From the NCBI RefSeq assembly GCF_032062105.1, contig NW_026929714.1, positions 310,001-374,000 on the forward strand: a stretch of 64,000 bases of DNA, read 5' to 3'. Below are positions 13,091-25,490 of the stretch, in pieces. The DNA is from Saccostrea cucullata. Taxonomy: Eukaryota. A program made the position numbers and the translations under genes. Below the pieces are notes generated by a model, which was not told the origin of the DNA, did not search any database, and saw only the letters and a program-made list of their open reading frames with translations. How positions within the stretch are numbered: the first letter of the stretch is position 1; each line of letters begins with the position of its first letter.

Positions 13091-13270
13091 GATTGTACAA
13101 GTCCAAATTAAGTATGGCATGTAGATGGATATGACAATATACATGCAGTTTAACTGACAAGATACGAATTATTATTAATTAGTGTTTCTGTACCTGTTAC
13201 AGTCGGCAGCGAAGGGACTTCCTTATACAATATTGCAATAAAAATAAGAACAAAAAATTTAGAAAATATA

Positions 13271-13501
13271 CTGTAAGATGTTTTAATTCCACGGTTGTAA
13301 AATTTCACGATTTCTGAAAAAGTACCAATGGCGATGGTTTTAATTTCACGCTGCAAGAACTTGATTTCAATTTCGTATACGCACTATAACATTTAAAAAA
13401 AAAACAATAACAGCGTTTACGATGGGTTTAATTTCGCGGAAAAATGACGAATCGCGAACATAGTGAAATTAAAACCATCGTGAAAATTTGCCAATCTACA
13501 G
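13271..13501. mobile_element. MITE with CTGTA...TACAG ends and TA target duplication
   Basis: TA|CTGTAAGATG...CAATCTACAG|TA, imperfect TIRs, internal TTTAATTTCRCG motifs. Confidence 0.7.
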
Positions 13502-13547
13502 TATTTATGAAAAAATAAACAAGAGACACAGAGAGACTTGAGCAAGT

Positions 13548-14185
13548 CTAGTCGATACGATATATCCTGGTGAGCTTGAGATAAAAGATACCACAGAGTC
13601 TGACACATCTGTTTCATACTTGGATATTTTATTTGAAAAAGACTTTAATGATAATCTAACAACCAAGCTATATGATAAACGTGATGACTTTAAATTTTCT
13701 ATCGTCAACTTCCTTTACTTATGCAGCAATATACCTTCATCACCTGCATACGGAGTCTATATATCTCAGTTGATTCGATACGCAAGAGCATGCTCTACGT
13801 ATGAATAATTTCTTAAACGAGGTAAATTATTGACAAGCAAGTTGATGAAACAAGGATATCAACAGTCTCGTTTAAAGTCATCATTTTGTTTTTATGGTCG
13901 CTACAATGACTTTGTCAGTAAATACAATTTATCATTGAGACAAACACTGACTGACGTTTTTCATACTTATTGTTAATCCATTATTTATACACTGAATTGA
14001 CGACGGATTTTCCCGTTATTTCCCAATCATAACAAGGAGCACACGGCGGTCAGCAGGGAATGCTCACTCCTTCATGGCATCTGATCATACCTCTGATGTT
14101 TCGGAGATCCGTGTTTGCTCTGCTCCAATTTTGTATTGTTTTATGGAGTTTGATATTGAATACTGTTATCTCCATATCCTTCTTA
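13548..14185 (+). mobile_element. 5'-truncated Penelope-like retroelement: RT C-terminus/thumb plus 3' non-coding element
   Basis: IYPGELEIKDTTES...SYLDI...TKLYDKRDDFKFSIVNFLYLCSNIPSSPAYGVYISQLIRYARACS..* then KLMKQGY...FYGRY, ending near 13976 with no downstream endonuclease. One internal TAA stop. Confidence 0.8.
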
Positions 14186-15769
14186 AGCTTAAAGTAAATG
14201 AAGCTCTTTGACACACTATCAAAAACCCAAGTTTGGAAAGTAGTAAACATTAGAATGAAACTAACTTTTACATGATTAACATTCATTTTCTGTATTTTTC
14301 ATATTCATCCTGTTGTATATTCATTTTTATATATGCATGACTTTTCCTGTTCTTCTGTCTTTCTTTACGTGATATATCATTAGAGAAAACGTTCCAAAAA
14401 TAATTTCTTAGGAATCCAATTAATTGTTAATTAAAAGAAGAGTACGAATTAATAGTCAATGTATTCAAATCAGAACTTACAAATAATGATATTTATTTTA
14501 AAAATATATTTGCTATTGCCAATAACTTTAATCTATTAATAACTTATAAAAATTTACTAAAAAATTATTCCCATTTCTTTTATACTGTTAAAAGTAAGAT
14601 ATTTCTATTAGTCTGGTCAGATTAATAGAAAAAATACTTCTAACGGCAAATAATTATTATTTGGTCCAGCATAGTCTTGTAACCTATTTCAAGTATGCTG
14701 AATCTGAAAAAAATATGCTGGCATTCATGAAAATGGCGTTAAGGAGGTTAAAATGGCGATTCAAAATGGCGGACATCAAATTTTTCTAATTTTATCTAAA
14801 TGCCGTTCAAAATGGAGAAGTAATGAGTGAATATCTCACTGAGTGTAATACAAGTATAAAAATCATAACAGAATGCTAACATTATTAGTTTAACTCAGAA
14901 AATTTAGTCATTTCTACACTTAATACGAATTCTCTCTGATTTATTTGTTTATTGTTTCATATTCTGCTTTGTTCAGGGTTTTACACTTGCAAATATCCAT
15001 ACACTGCAGATTTGTATTTTTTCCTCTGCATCTCAATATTCTATAATTGAATAATGGTGCAGCTGTACGTTAAAAGTCAAAATGGCGATTCAAAATGGCG
15101 GATATTCATCTTTCAAATTAATATCGTTTACATAGGAGAAGGATTTGTGAATATCTTACTGAGCGTAGGACAACTATGTAAAATGCCAAAAGAACACTAA
15201 TATTATCACTTAAATTCGGAAAATTTATTCGTTTAAATTTGAGAATGTGTTCATTAGCTCAAAATGTCGTTCAAAATGACGTCATATTCACTCGAATTTC
15301 GTTATATACTTTATTCCTTGATTCTTGGTCGTTTTGCATAAAATAAGTCATAGTTTGTTTTTTACATGTATGTATATAGTATATTGATAAATCCATGAAA
15401 TATGAACAAACAAAAACTACTACAAAAGATTAATTTTTTCTTGAAATAGTTTAAACAAACTTGATTTAAGAGTTTCCAAATTTCCCCCCCCCCCCTTATA
15501 TTTGAACATGTTCCAAAGCCTCTGAGCCCCCGTCCACCTAAAATCACTCCTGAATCGCTGTCATTGTCGCACTTCTACTTCAACATCCATCAGCACACAA
15601 TCAAATATAATTGAAGAAATTCCTGTCTGATTTTAACGAATGCTTTTGAAATAAGCACTTATAAGAACTTAGTATCATCCCCTAACATCTTTTATTCCAG
15701 CTTTATTTGCCATATGTTTCAGTCTGTCTTCGGAATTTTGGTATTTTCAACACTCAAGTAAAATGGTGT

Positions 15770-15963
15770 CAAGGATGACAACCCCCTTTGCACGTAAAAG
15801 ATCATTTTTCTGATGTACGAAAAAGAGTAAGCTTACTGAGGGCCGCCAGATAAACCAAAATCCTTCAAAAACCGATTATTTCGATTATTTAAACTGATAG
15901 TTAGCCGAAACATGGCTGAAAAATTGCCGACTCAGCGTTAAACAACATACAGTCAATCAATCC
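15770..15963 (+). mobile_element. SINE 3' remnant
   Basis: Ends GCGTTAAACAACATACAGTCAATCAATCC, the same tail type as the SINE at 22747-23047. Confidence 0.45.
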
Positions 15964-16035
15964 ACACTCAAAGAACAAACATTTATGTTCAAATGTTAAC
16001 AGTGTATTTTGTTTTCCAAAACCTTATGCAAAATG

Positions 16036-16335
16036 AACTAGAGGTATTGTGAGCAATTATCTCACTAAATGATACCCCCGTCTCCCATATGAATATATTG
16101 ACACTGTCCATGTTTAGCTATGAGAAACCCAAAATATGTGTCGGATCAGAGAGTAAAATAGGAGGTGCACAATTGCAATATGTAAAAAAAAAATCCATGA
16201 AAGTTTCAACAAATTTCATTCAGTGGTATGAGAGGAGTTGCGGATAAGAAACGGGTATCCCAAAGCGTAACAGACGGAAGGTCAGGCATAACGATTACTC
16301 TATACCCTCCTGCTTTTCAAGCGGGGGTATAAAAA
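16036..16335. mobile_element. Non-autonomous Helentron-type element nested in the long-TIR element
   Basis: AACTAGAGGTATTGTGAGC start, GACGGA motif, terminal hairpin TATACCCTCC...GCGGGGGTATAAAAA. Confidence 0.55.
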
Positions 16336-16764
16336 TCTCTGATATTCAAGACATGTAGCTCTTAATTCTGTGACTGCGTATAGATTTTTTGTCTTTTAGG
16401 GTGGAAAGGTCATTCTCTTAGCAAGAAAATCCTCAATGTTTATTATCTGGAATCACATTGTGTGCAAATTTTAGTTAGAAAAGTTGTATAATTATGCAAT
16501 TTAAAAGCGCCTGCAGATTCCTCGTGATTCCTATCACGTACAAGCTTTCGTACCAATAGGCCTAAGCCATTCTTGACTTTGATCTAGTCAGCATTTCTCT
16601 TGACAACAATTTTTTCTTGAACAATCCAGGAACTTTATATGTACATGTATAACGTAACTTGGTCCACACTTCTTTGTTAGGATAGTATAAGGTTGTATCA
16701 AGAATCGAGTGGGGATTGAACACAAACATTTTATTTTTCAGATTTTGTAAATTTTAAAATTTTA

Positions 16765-16975
16765 AATTTATATACACTGTTCAATACAAGATTATACCTT
16801 CATAACATGAAATTTTTGAGAATGCAGTTGAATTTTTGACTGAGAATAACAAAATGCAAATGTAGGGACAATTTATATACACTGTTCAATACAAGATTAT
16901 CCCTTCATAACATGAAATTTTTGAGAATGCAGTTGAATTTTTGACTGAGAATAACAAAATGCAAATGTAGGGACA
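16765..16975 (+). repeat. Near-perfect 105-bp tandem duplication
   Basis: AATTTATATACACTG...AATGTAGGGAC occurs twice, starting at 16765 and 16870, with one visible mismatch. Confidence 0.9.
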
Positions 16976-19900
16976 CAGAATCAGAGCTGGAAAATCTAGA
17001 AAATCTATGGTTTATGTATATTCTACTAATAATTATTAATATATGTTTATATTCGGATAGCATAATATAATAAGATTTTTATGATGTAACAATTACTAGC
17101 CCTCTAATCGGTCGTGGTCCATCTTTTTGAGAATCATACTAAGTTATGTTGCATTATACCTTCCACATGAAAATAAACATTTTTTTCCTCACTAGACCAA
17201 AAATAGATGAAGAATTTCCAACAACTGATATGATTTAGCAACTCTCGAACCTCAATGTTCACTCGCCCTAATGCTCATGGAATACTGCTCTTGGGGTACT
17301 TTATTTTCATATTGTCATAAAAAATATTATTGTATGAAATTATTAACTTTTTATATGAAGAAGCATGGTGAGACAGGCAGTAGATAAAAATGTCTACGGA
17401 ATTGTCGTCAAAAATCTATCTTTATAATAGAAGTAATTTAAAAAAAAATTCTGTTAAAAAAATATTAAGTGATTAACAAAAATATCCTCTAACTTTCATT
17501 GCATATTTGAAGATTATTTCATAAATGAATAAACATACTGTAATTTATTTTCTGCAAAACGAATCAGAATTAAGCACTTGGATATTTTACGAAATACGAT
17601 GGAATATGACGTCATTTGAATTGCCATTTTGAGCTAATTAACACACATTTCAAAATTAGACGACTAAATATGCCGATTTAAAGTGATCACATAAATGTTC
17701 TATTGTCATTTTACATAGTTGTACTACTCTCAGTAAGATATTCACAAATCCTTTCTCCTATGTAAACGACATTAAGAAATAATTTGAAAAAATCAATATC
17801 CGCCATATTGAATCGCCATTTTTACTTTTAACTTACAACTGCACCATCATTCAATTGTAAAATAGTGAGTTGTAGAGGACAAAGTACAAATCTGCAGTGT
17901 ATGGATATTTTCGAATGTAAAATCCTGAACAAAGAAGACTATAGAAACAATAGACAAATAAATCAGAGAAAATTCGAATTAAGTGAAGAAACGACTAAAT
18001 TTTCTGAGTTAAACTAATAATGTTAGCATTCTATTATATTTTTTATAGTCTTATTATACTCATTGAGGTATTCTCTCATTACTTCTCCATTTTGAACAAC
18101 ATTAAGAGAAAATTAGAAAACTTGGATATCCGCCATTTTGACCTCTTTAACGCCATTTTCATGAAGGCCAGCATATTGTTTCGGATTCAGCATACTCAAA
18201 ATACGTTAAAAAACTATGCTGGACCAAATAATAATTATTTGCCGTTAGAAGTTATTTCTAGCCTTCTTTTTAAAAATCAGGACCAGACTATATTTCTTAA
18301 TATATTTTTTCATAATTTAAGCAAAAATTTCAGATAAAAAACTTTTATAGTCCTTTTATTGATAAATATTTTCTTTGAAATATTTTGAACAGCAATAACT
18401 CTTGTAGATGAACGGATCTGTATTTACCTGCACAAAGAATATCATATTTTGATTTAATAAGCAACGTTTCGTTATATTTACAAATGTTAATTAGATATGT
18501 ATGATAATAATTATTATTTTCATAGATCCCTCGTATTGCAAATTTTATGGTGAGAAACATGTAGCCAAAAATAATTCATCTTTAAATTCAACTATTCTAT
18601 TTTTTTCAAATCCTGATTAGACGTAATATCATTTCTAAAAAAAGTACAAAAGGCTTTATATTTCAAATAATCTTCCATTTAAATTCAATGATATTGTTGT
18701 AGATAACAAGTTAATGTTTGAAATTTGAAGAAAAAAAAAATAGTGAAATTTTAAGCAGATGTATATTTCTCTTTTAAAGTTTGTTCCATAACATTATTTT
18801 TAGAATTAATAGATTCTATTTCTGTAAACCTTGAAAAAATATTTTATTATTCTTATTCCGTTCCAAACTTATTCATGAAAAAAAAAAAAATAGTAAGATA
18901 ATCACATTTCAAATCTTTTTTCTATATTGGTAAACCATGTTTTCCAGCGACCAAATATGCTAGCGCTTTCCCAGTATAAAAATAAAACATTACCGTTTGG
19001 ACCAAATTAAAAAAAAAACTAAAACGAGGACAAGCTAATGACACCAACACTAGACTCTTTCTAAATCTAATATTACAGAATGCATATATTCAGATAAAAA
19101 ATAAAGTCGTAATTTAGAGGTTTTTTTAACATATAAACGAAGAAATTCTAGATCTTATATACAAAGAATGAACAATTCATGTAATTGAATGAGGTAAAAT
19201 CAGCCAAAAAGTCGAAATATTAATCATTTTTCGATGTTTACGCCTGAACAATTTTTTAAATAAGAACAAATGAAAAGGAAATTAAAAGGAAATTACCCCC
19301 GCTCACCCCCTGCAAAAAAGAAATACAGATCGAACAGGTAAATTTCATTTATTTTTAGAGAACATATAAAATAAATATATAAATATTAATGAGGTTGGTC
19401 TTTTGGAAACAAACTGAATAGGATATGGAAATCATTTTCTGACCTAAATACGTAAAGTAACACAGAAATTCCATCACAATTTTACATATTGTTATCATAA
19501 CTTAATCCAAAAACAATCAGGACAAGGAGTGGTAGTTTAAAGAATAGAAAAAAAGTGGTCTTAATATTCAATCATTTTTTCTTTTTGCTTTCTTTTCAAC
19601 AAATGTAAGAATAACATAAACTTTTATACCCAGAAGTTCAATTATTTCTGGTCTCTGATATTATTTCGAAATGTTCATGAAAACAGCTTTTAATTTACAA
19701 TCACTTAACAGCCACTAAAGCATTTACAAGCACTTAACAAACAAGAAATTCAAACAATCTCGTTGATGTTCACTGTAGCGACATATGGAACAATGAGCAG
19801 TCGCCGTTGATTTTTAAACTTCCTTTTTTTCTTGTCAATAAGAATAAACAGAAAATGTAGGGTACTTTCACATGTTTCATTTTGTAATATTACACAGAGA

Positions 19901-21685
19901 AATGATTTACATTGTACCTCTGAAAATCCTACATGTAATATTGAATGTAAATTCTTGGATGAATTGTTACAATATATCAAGTACTATGACTATGGCGCTT
20001 GTGATTGATCTAAAAATTCTTCAAACAGAAACGATCAGTTATATGCATTACTTTTTCTTGCATTGATTTTTTTATTTGTAGTTTGAAAATCAAACTTTTG
20101 GAAATCCAACTGTATGATTTAAAACCATACTCAAATTTATTGATTTATTACTATATGTTGTGACGCTTAAAGTGGAAGTCAGGAAAGGCAGTTTTACAGA
20201 GAAGAGTCACTTGAAAAAAGTTCAATTGAATATCAACAGCATAAAAACAGCTTTTAATGACACGATATTGCACAATATTTATTACAATTACAAACATTGT
20301 ATTTAACTTCTCAATTTATGTAAATATTAAAATTTGGTTCACTGACCACCTGGTGTACCAAGATCTATATTTAGATCATTTTCGATGAAATAATTGAGCG
20401 TACATGTAGGCCTATTATTCATATTACATCATTTTATTCAGCAGCTTGCAAAAATGATGAATTCACATTTTGCAACTTGAATAAATTGTAAAATTCTATC
20501 GTAAGAATATTATAAATGAAATTGGAATGAAAAACAATCGTTATAAACAAATTTACAAAGAGTAACTTATCTTTTTTAATGTATCTTATTATAGCTATAT
20601 ATTAATTCAAATCTTTTGAAAATGTGTGTATGACAATTGATTTCATAAGAGAATTTTGAAGATCACGTTCAATTTGAACAGTTTGAAAGTATTCTTGGTG
20701 ATAATATTTTGAAGAGTTGTATTTTCTATGATTAAATAATCATTTTTATATTGAACTAAAAATAATAATAATTCCAAATTCCAAAACATTTAAATTAAAA
20801 ATAGATATATCTTTAATTTTGTAGACGCACTGTCTGGGTTTCTTTGACAGCTGAAATCCCGGGACAGCTCCGTAACATACAGTCAGCTGAAATTTTGTCC
20901 AGGAGAGGGGTGGGTTGGGTTTATTATTTCAACCATATATCGGCAGCTAATAAAAATAATTATATATTATAACCATGTTATGTTATATAAAAAATCTCAA
21001 ATTTGAAGCCTCGTTCAATTATTTAATTATTCACCATTTATCTCTTCAAATTGAATAATTTCGTATTGTTATCAATTGTCTTTCAAGCATCCTTGTCAAG
21101 ATGTATTTATGAAACATTTATATGTTTTAACCCAACTTACGTAAAACATCTTTTCAGGGCATGATGATTTACCTATTTCCAGACTCAGGAGAATGGTGTG
21201 ATGTTCCATCTATGAACTGAGTGGTTTTGTAGAATTAAAAGAGATTATCACAATTTGAGTAGAAAATATAATTTACACAAGAAGTTAATCCTTACTAGAT
21301 TCGCTGAAAAATCTGGATGATTTATTTCAACACCGTTATCAACAATTCCAATAATTATTCCTCTTCCGGTAAATACCTGCGACCATGATGTTAAGACACC
21401 TTGATCAGGAATTACATTAGCAGTGTTCATATTCTGTATTGTAGAAGAAATATAAAAGTGTTTCAGCCAAGGTTATCTAATGTACATGTATCATCAATGA
21501 TCCACGTATAATTTCATAAGATATCTACAATATACTGTACCACATGTCTTTCCGATTCGGATCATTAAAAGTAATGGTTGAGTTTCTTACAACTCGAATG
21601 TTGTACTGTTGTTGTGCAAAATGCATGATCTGGAGATATTAGAAATAAATAATAAAGTGATTAGGTAATTGTCTTCATAAATATA

Positions 21686-22261
21686 CTCAGAGACTTTAAA
21701 AGCGCCTATATGAAAATGTCTTGTGATACAAATTCACAATTTTGATATTGTAATATTTTGCCTATGTATTTTGTTTTAATCATTTTGGCATGTATCCATA
21801 TCATCGATAAATGACATTTTAAACGCTAATAGAGTTAACCAGCTTGATCTACCAATCTTAATCCCATCGAAAACATGTGGGATGAGCTTAGAATACGGTG
21901 AACAAGACGTCAATGCCAACCCATAAGCGTGCCAGATTAAGCACAGGCTCTACAGGACGAGTGGAATAACATTCCTATTAGAAGAAATCGAGATGTATGC
22001 CAATCCATGAGGTCTCGATTGAGAGTATGTAAAGTTGCAAATGGGGGTCATAAACGACACTAATTAAAACGGCAAAAAAGGTTGACAGTGTAATTTAAAC
22101 TGTTTGCCTTGAAGAAACTCGGTTAACAAATTCGTTGAATGTATTGAAAATGAAGACACTCAATGAGAAAAATATGATTTTTAATAAATTTCCTACAACA
22201 TGTAGCATAATGTACCAATGACAATAAAACAATTTCAAAAGGCGTTTTTAAAGTCCCTGAG
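21686..22261 (+). mobile_element. Internally deleted Tc1-like transposon in an intron of the convertase pseudogene
   Basis: TA|CTCAGAGACTTTAAAAGCGCC...GGCGTTTTTAAAGTCCCTGAG|TA. Transposase tail STNLNPIENMWDELR...ALQDEWNNIP...SMRSRL...ANGGH with stops. Confidence 0.85.
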
Positions 22262-22474
22262 TATAGATACATTGTGAGCATAATATAACTTATCAGTCGT
22301 CTTATTTACCCTGGATTCTCTCAGCATAAGAGAAATAGCGTGCGTACATGCGTACATGTACGTTGGTTGTTCCATTCTTTCGTGTAAATACATAAGTATT
22401 TGGAAAGACCAAATGAAAAAAACCCGATAAAAATGTAAAGATGACGAAGGATTTTTCTGTTAATTCCTGATCAT

Positions 22475-22645
22475 GACAAGGAGCACACGGTGGGCATGAC
22501 CGGTCGTCAGGGGATGCTCTCTCCTCCATTGCACCTGTTTCCACCTCTGATGTTTTGGAGGTCCGTGTTTGCTCTGCTCCTTTTTTGTTTTCTTTTATGG
22601 ACTATGGATATTGAATGATGTTACTTATCGCCATATCCTTCTATA
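22475..22645 (+). repeat. Solo copy of the Penelope-like 3' non-coding element
   Basis: ACAAGGAGCACACGG...GGGGATGCTCTCTCCTCC...CCTCTGATG...GTCCGTGTTTGCTCTGCTCC matches 14030-14185. Confidence 0.7.
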
Positions 22646-22746
22646 AAGTTTTTGCAGAAGGGCCTTTTTTAAAATTATTTTTATGGCCAATTCACACAGA
22701 GGTGCATGCATGTTATTAGCATAAGGTACATGTAAAATATGAAGAA

Positions 22747-23047
22747 GATTGATTGATTGTATATTGTTTAACGTCCCTCTTGAGTATATTTCATTCATGA
22801 GGAGCCGTCGAAGGGCTTAAAATTAAGACCTATACTCCCACTTAGGGCCATTGAACAGTGAGGGTTCTTTATCGTTCCAGCGCCTACCGTGACACGGTGA
22901 CTTTCACTCCTAATGCTAAGGGCTTGGCGAAGGATCAGTCGCAACCTATTTTACATCTTAAGTTTGACGCGGCGCCGCGAACGAGAATCGAACCCGGGCC
23001 TCCCGATCACGAAAGGAACGTTCTACCACTAGGCTACCGTGACCGGT
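22747..23047 (-). mobile_element. tRNA-derived SINE
   Basis: The - strand head has an A box (GGTAGCCTAGTGG) and B box (GGTTCGATTC); (AATC)n tail. Confidence 0.8.
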
Positions 23048-23285
23048 AAATTAATGAAGAATGCATTATTACATTTCATTCAATCACTCACAGAAAAAAA
23101 AAAATGACAGAAAAAAACAGTGTGTTTGCATTTTGTTTGTATATTAAAAAATAGAATTAATTGGAATTAAAAAATTAAAATATCAGAATTAGATGTATAT
23201 TAAATTAAACAAAAAAGATATAATATTCTACAAGTCTTTCATGTTTATGAGGAAAAAAATATGTTTATTATTTTAATGTGAAAGT

Positions 23286-23534
23286 NNNNNNNNNNNNNNN
23301 NNNNNNNNNNNNNNNNNNNNNNNNNNNNNNNNNNNNNNNNNNNNNNNNNNNNNNNNNNNNNNNNNNNNNNNNNNNNNNNNNNNNNNNNNNNNNNNNNNNN
23401 NNNNNNNNNNNNNNNNNNNNNNNNNNNNNNNNNNNNNNNNNNNNNNNNNNNNNNNNNNNNNNNNNNNNNNNNNNNNNNNNNNNNNNNNNNNNNNNNNNNN
23501 NNNNNNNNNNNNNNNNNNNNNNNNNNNNNNNNNN
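23286..23534. other. Assembly gap (N run)
   Basis: 249 N. Confidence 0.99.
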
Positions 23535-24486
23535 TGCATTTTGTTGACGATTTCTTAAAGTTAAAGACATGCTCTTTTCATTTCATAAAAGAAGTACAAA
23601 AGAATAAAAAACCCTCAACAGGTGTAAGCCATGTTTATTAGCCAGTCTAACTGCATCATACCGTTCTCCCTTTACAAAACCAATAAAGTGGTCTGTAGAT
23701 TTCTGTTGTGAGAAAGAAACCTTTTTTTTTAAATAATTAGCGTCATCAAAGAGAACCATACTGACACATTCATCATTTTTACATCTTTTTAATCAGGTAC
23801 CCTTCAATGGTTTTCGCTCATTGTGCAATACAAGAAAACATGGCTGACGGAAGATTTATTGTTGAATAATAAAACTGTCAGTTTTGTTTCAGAGAACGTC
23901 CCTATCGAACATATTGATTTGACACGTCTTATCAAATTGTCTGAACTTTAAGAAAAGAGTATTCTTTGAACTTGATTCGAAATATAAAATTTCATCCAAT
24001 TTTCAGAAAAATATTATACATTTATTGCATGATAGTGAGGGAAATATGAAGACTTATTCAGCCAAGAAAATCATAATGATATTTCTTGGCTGAATAAGTC
24101 TTCATGTTACCCGAACATTCATGCAATGAATTGTTTATTATACAGAAACAAGCAAAGCCTTTGAAATAAACATAAACTTTCAAATTCGGCACCGCTCTCA
24201 AATTCACTTTCGTAAAGTTACTATAAAACCCTTTGTTCAACACATTGTCATCAGTTTTGTGACGTCAACCAGGCTATTGTGACGTCTACTACTCTCGGGA
24301 GTTTTCAACGAACGAGAACTATATTGCGGGAAAATTCTCTAGGTGTTCCGAAGAGGTGGAATATGATGAAAAGTGTGCCGACGACGGGAAATATGAGGTT
24401 TTACGGCCCACTCACGTGATAACCTAGAACCAATCAGATAGCGCGTTGTTTAGAATATTTATAATAAGGTATAATAAATATTATCA

Positions 24487-24623
24487 GTTATCCAGGTTCA
24501 ATCAAGGGTGTACGGGGATTTACCCCGGGTTTTATTCCATACACCCTGAGGCCGAAGGCCGAAGGGTGTATGGAATAAAACCCGGGGTAAATCCCCGTAC
24601 ACCCTTGATTGGACCTGGATAAC
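24487..24623. repeat. GC-rich hairpin (about 60-bp arms, GAGGCCGAAGGCCGA loop), probably part of a non-autonomous element spanning about 24050-24870
   Basis: GTTATCCAGG...CATACACCCT and AGGGTGTATG...CCTGGATAAC are almost perfect reverse complements. Confidence 0.8.
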
Positions 24624-25348
24624 GAATTTATTTCCTTTGTACCCATCGAAATGCTTTTTTATCATCAGAATGTGTCCCAATCTATCGATTAGATAACTAC
24701 GTACTACAATGCATCGTGACGTCATGTTATTTGGTTTTTATCATAGAGAATGTATGCATTGTGACGTCACGTTTTATTTACACCCGGCTCAAGTCGGGTG
24801 CACGGATATTAACACCCGACTTTGTAATCAAAGCTCGTGTTACAAGCTAGATAGGAAATAAATTTATTTATTCTGAAAGTTGTTATGAAAACAGTTAATA
24901 TATGATTTGTTGCTTGTGAAAAATTGTTTTGAACTGTAATATTCTTATATAATATAATTCTGTTTGAATTCTAGTCTCTCATTGGTTGATTTCCAAAAAG
25001 GAACGCAATTTATTTCTTCATAACTTGGTTTGGTATGGGGACCAACCACTTGACAACCAGCTGAATCATCTGTATCCATGCAAGCCCCTCATTTCCAGTC
25101 CTTGGGATTCATAGAAAATTCCAGATTAAATATATGTACCTTTAGTACCTCGATCTAAACTCCTGTAAACAAACATCATGGCTGCTTGATGTGTGTATCA
25201 GTCATTACCTTCCCTTATTAACCATCACTTACGATAACCATTATTAACCATCAGTTACTAGGGATGTATTATTAAGCGGCAAATTTGAACTCATAAGAAG
25301 CAGCATTATTTTACTCCCACAGTTGTTTAATTATTTTAAAATTAAATT

Positions 25349-25490
25349 ATAAGGAATGGCTCTTACTCTTGGCCGAATAAACCGAGTAAACCTGGTTTGG
25401 ATCAGTTTACGCTTTTTATTAATAAAGCGTAAAATGTCCCAAACCAGGGTATATCGAATAATTTGGACAAGAATCAGAGTCATTCCTTAA
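25349..25490. repeat. Imperfect palindromic element
   Basis: TAAGGAATGGCTCT...CCTGGTTTGG...TTTACGCTTT / AAAGCGTAAA...CCAAACCAGG...AGAGTCATTCCTTA. Confidence 0.6.

Larger units (their letters stand above)
14609..18290. mobile_element. Non-autonomous DNA transposon with about 750-bp TIRs, TAGTCTGGTC termini and about 9-bp TSD (Academ-like)
   Basis: Arms about 14609-15360 and 17530-18290 are reverse complements. Flanks are TATTTCTAT and TATTTCTTA. Empty site in unit 2 near 58565. Confidence 0.75.
100..20470 (+). repeat. Segmental duplication unit 1 (paralogous to about 33980-62060)
   Basis: Colinear exon, intron and intergenic similarity, e.g. 14190-14600 vs 57090-58570, 18300-18970 vs 58570-59220, 19450-19940 vs 60245-60730, 20080-20470 vs 61635-62060. 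Ends are approximate. Confidence 0.85.
21173..23702 (-). pseudogene. Decayed 5' part of a furin/kexin-type proprotein convertase (peptidase S8B) gene; exon remnants 23702-23613, 22409-22310, 21629-21536, 21433-21296, 21216-21173
   Basis: Prodomain-like AVRLANKHGLHLLR and VFPNTYVF...SLMLRESR; IMHFAQQQYNIRVVR|NSTITFNDPNRKDMWY (R-X-X-R maturation site, then FNDP...WY); SWSQVFTGRGIIIGIVDNGVEINHPDFSAN (catalytic Asp region); next exon ends just before the expected catalytic His. Lesions: TG instead of AG acceptor at 22410-22411, a frameshift in that exon, and a phase mismatch after WY. No His or Ser active-site exons found. Confidence 0.75.

Noticed and set aside
13194-13270. Possible signal-peptide exon (- strand, FFVLIFIAILYKEVPSLPTVT followed by G|GT) for the short pseudogene
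   Set aside because: No in-frame ATG once the MITE is removed, and no similarity to exon 1 of the intact paralog; AT-rich DNA easily gives hydrophobic translations.
13806-13808. Selenocysteine read-through in the Penelope-like RT
   Set aside because: The internal stop is TAA, not TGA.
20830-20950. GC-richer block as the next convertase exon
   Set aside because: No frame contains the expected HGT..CAG motif, and all three - strand frames have stops.
23268-23570. ORFs spanning N runs (also 51416-51637)
   Set aside because: Artefacts of assembly gaps.
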